Part shown: positions 40,317-41,694 of the stretch, in pieces
How positions within the stretch are numbered: the first letter of the stretch is position 1
Layout of the letters: each line of letters starts with the position of its first letter
NCBI GenBank assembly: GCA_964594625.1
Contig: CAZQNC010000001.1
Location: 1-41,694, forward strand
Direction of reading: 5' to 3'
DNA: 41,694 bases
Origin: an uncultured Thermoplasmatales archaeon
Lineage (GTDB): Archaea > Thermoplasmatota > E2 > UBA202 > DSCA01
Notes under the pieces: generated by a model
The model's input: only the letters and a program-made list of their open reading frames with translations
Databases searched by the model: none
Told to the model about the DNA's origin: nothing
Made by a program: the position numbers and the translations under genes

Positions 40317-41651
40317 CTACAGCAGCCGGTCAAGCCGGAAATAATAAACGGGCATCGAGCACGCCCGGGTATCCTCGCCGGCGAACGACACCACCATCTC
40401 CCCCGTCGAGGGGCAAGCCACCCACTGGAACAACGACCGGTAGATGTCGCTGACCCGGACGGCGACGCCGAACACCAGGTCCGTCCTGCCCGTATACTCG
40501 TCCCGCAGCAGGTCCATCGTCCCGTTGAGGTCAAGCGTGCCATACCGCCGCTCGATCTCCTGGCTCAGCGCCCGGTAATGCGTCCAGGGGATAAACATGT
40601 AGGTTTTCCCGGTCAGCGCCCAGACAAAGCTCACTGGCCCGCTCGGGTCGTAGCGCACCCGGTTGAGCTCCACCTCGGCGCACTGCGGCGTGACATACAT
40701 CGGCGTACGCCGCACCACGTCCTCGATCTGCCAGAACGGCGCCACGCCCTCCTCGTCGCTGTCCCAGGTGCCCACATAGGAGATGTTCGCGGTCTGCTCC
40801 AGCGCGTAGCCCGCCGGCTGCCGTGCATCGGAGATAACGAAGTTCCAGCCGCATGTCCTGTTATTGGTTATGATGTCGATGGCCTCATCCGCGCTGCTTG
40901 CCCGGTCGAGCACCATCCGCATACGGAAAAAAGCGCTGATGCCGTGGAACGTGGTGTCGGTGGTCAGGCAGGTGTCCTCGCCGATGGCGATACCCTGTTC
41001 GTTGAAACCGCTCCAGCAGCCGATGTTGCCCGCATACTCGGGGTACATCGAGGCATATGCCTCGGAGGGATTGCGCACAAAGATAACCAAGGTGTCCTGC
41101 AGCCGTCGCCCCGTCTCCGGGTCGGTGACGTCAAGCCGCCAGTCGAAGCTCCGCACGTGGTACAGGTCGCCGCTGGCGGTGGCGTCGCCCCAGAGCGATA
41201 TCTCGCAGCATGAGATCATGTGGTTGAACAGCGCCGGCATCGTGTTCAAAACGGCTACCTGTTCGAAGGACAGCGAGGAGCCGTCGGCCATGCCCTGCAT
41301 CTCCGTTACGTAGCAGCCGGGGAGATATGGCTCCATGACCTGCCACACGTCGAGAATGTCGTCATAGCTATAGCCGTGCTCCTCGAAGATATCCAGCTGC
41401 GCCCGCAATGCCACGCCGATGCGCTCGTCGAGCAGCACGCCATGCTGGTATCCCATTTCATAGGAGGAGCCGTTGAGATGCAGAATGGACACGTTGCCGT
41501 GCTCCTCCAGCCAGCCGTCGTGCAGCGGCGTATCCGCCGGCATGCGGCTCCCCTGCAGGGGCTGAGGGTGATGTACGCCAAGCGAGGGAGCGATCATAAT
41601 CGCTGTGATGCTCAGGCCCAGGATGAGCCGGAGGACCTGTCTGCCGTTCAT
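40317..41651 (-). CDS. secreted peptidase C45 family protein (acyl-CoA:6-aminopenicillanic-acid acyltransferase-like Ntn hydrolase)
   Basis: Signal/anchor MNGRQVLRLILGLSITAIMIAPSLG. GSSYEMGYQHG block. Candidate nucleophile region SCCEISLWGDATASGDLYHVRSFDW. Confidence 0.65.
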   Translation of the reverse strand: MNGRQVLRLILGLSITAIMIAPSLGVHHPQPLQGSRMPADTPLHDGWLEEHGNVSILHLNGSSYEMGYQHGVLLDERIGVALRAQLDIFEEHGYSYDDILDVWQVMEPYLPGCYVTEMQGMADGSSLSFEQVAVLNTMPALFNHMISCCEISLWGDATASGDLYHVRSFDWRLDVTDPETGRRLQDTLVIFVRNPSEAYASMYPEYAGNIGCWSGFNEQGIAIGEDTCLTTDTTFHGISAFFRMRMVLDRASSADEAIDIITNNRTCGWNFVISDARQPAGYALEQTANISYVGTWDSDEEGVAPFWQIEDVVRRTPMYVTPQCAEVELNRVRYDPSGPVSFVWALTGKTYMFIPWTHYRALSQEIERRYGTLDLNGTMDLLRDEYTGRTDLVFGVAVRVSDIYRSLFQWVACPSTGEMVVSFAGEDTRACSMPVYYFRLDRLL

Positions 41652-41694
41652 GGTCTCATCTCTGCAATAGCCGCCTGTTTATTATACTATCCCG

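Noticed and set aside
1-41694. Search for tRNA/rRNA genes, CRISPR arrays, transposases/integrases and prophage genes
   Set aside because: No repeat-spacer periodicity is present. No tRNA-like T-arm or acceptor pairs occur in the intergenic spacers. No IS terminal inverted repeats or recombinase motifs were seen. Every spacer longer than 100 nt was read individually.

Overview
High-GC (about 60% by eye) archaeal chromosomal segment, densely coded on both strands. The core is the main ribosomal-protein operon (10525-18677, + strand): uL3-uL4-uL23-uL2-uS19-uL22-uS3-uL29-aSUI1-RNase P Rpp29-uS17-uL14-uL24-eS4-uL5-uS14. The operon stops abruptly after uS14 and is followed by aIF5B. Other archaeal housekeeping markers are aEF-1beta with its usual Zn-ribbon neighbour, fibrillarin, a ferredoxin plus geranylgeranyl reductase pair, mevalonate kinase, dTMP kinase, a SpoU/TrmJ methyltransferase, ornithine carbamoyltransferase and a short-type phosphoglycerate dehydrogenase. 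Lineage is only a guess (a high-GC euryarchaeon, possibly Thermoplasmatota/Methanomassiliicoccales-like) and cannot be verified here. Signal-peptide proteins are interspersed among these genes: four cysteine peptidases from four families (C25, C15, C1, C45), a PKD-like protein and a 608-aa Ig-repeat surface protein. There are also two PaaK/F390-synthetase-like adenylating enzymes (one paired with a GNAT), a PAS-GAF-PAS histidine kinase, a macro-domain protein, two radical-SAM genes (one frameshifted), and DUF488, DUF1015, PEBP and HAD proteins. I found no tRNA, rRNA, CRISPR array, transposase or integrase. I did not find a compact multi-gene locus that convincingly looks like an undescribed defence, mobile or biosynthetic system. 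The most unusual signals are: (1) uS3 fused to a charged linker with a perfect 24-bp tandem repeat and a tandem helix-hairpin-helix module; (2) uL24 with a ~130-aa polyacidic tail; (3) the truncated r-protein cluster; (4) a frameshifted SPL-type radical-SAM gene; (5) fibrillarin coupled to an NADH oxidase instead of Nop5; (6) modular secreted proteins sharing PKD-like and Ig-like cassettes; (7) two unusually long non-coding spacers with repeats and G-runs. Many of the very long ORFs in the six-frame track are antisense shadows typical of high-GC DNA and were rejected. All family calls rest on motif recognition by eye, and start codons are approximate.
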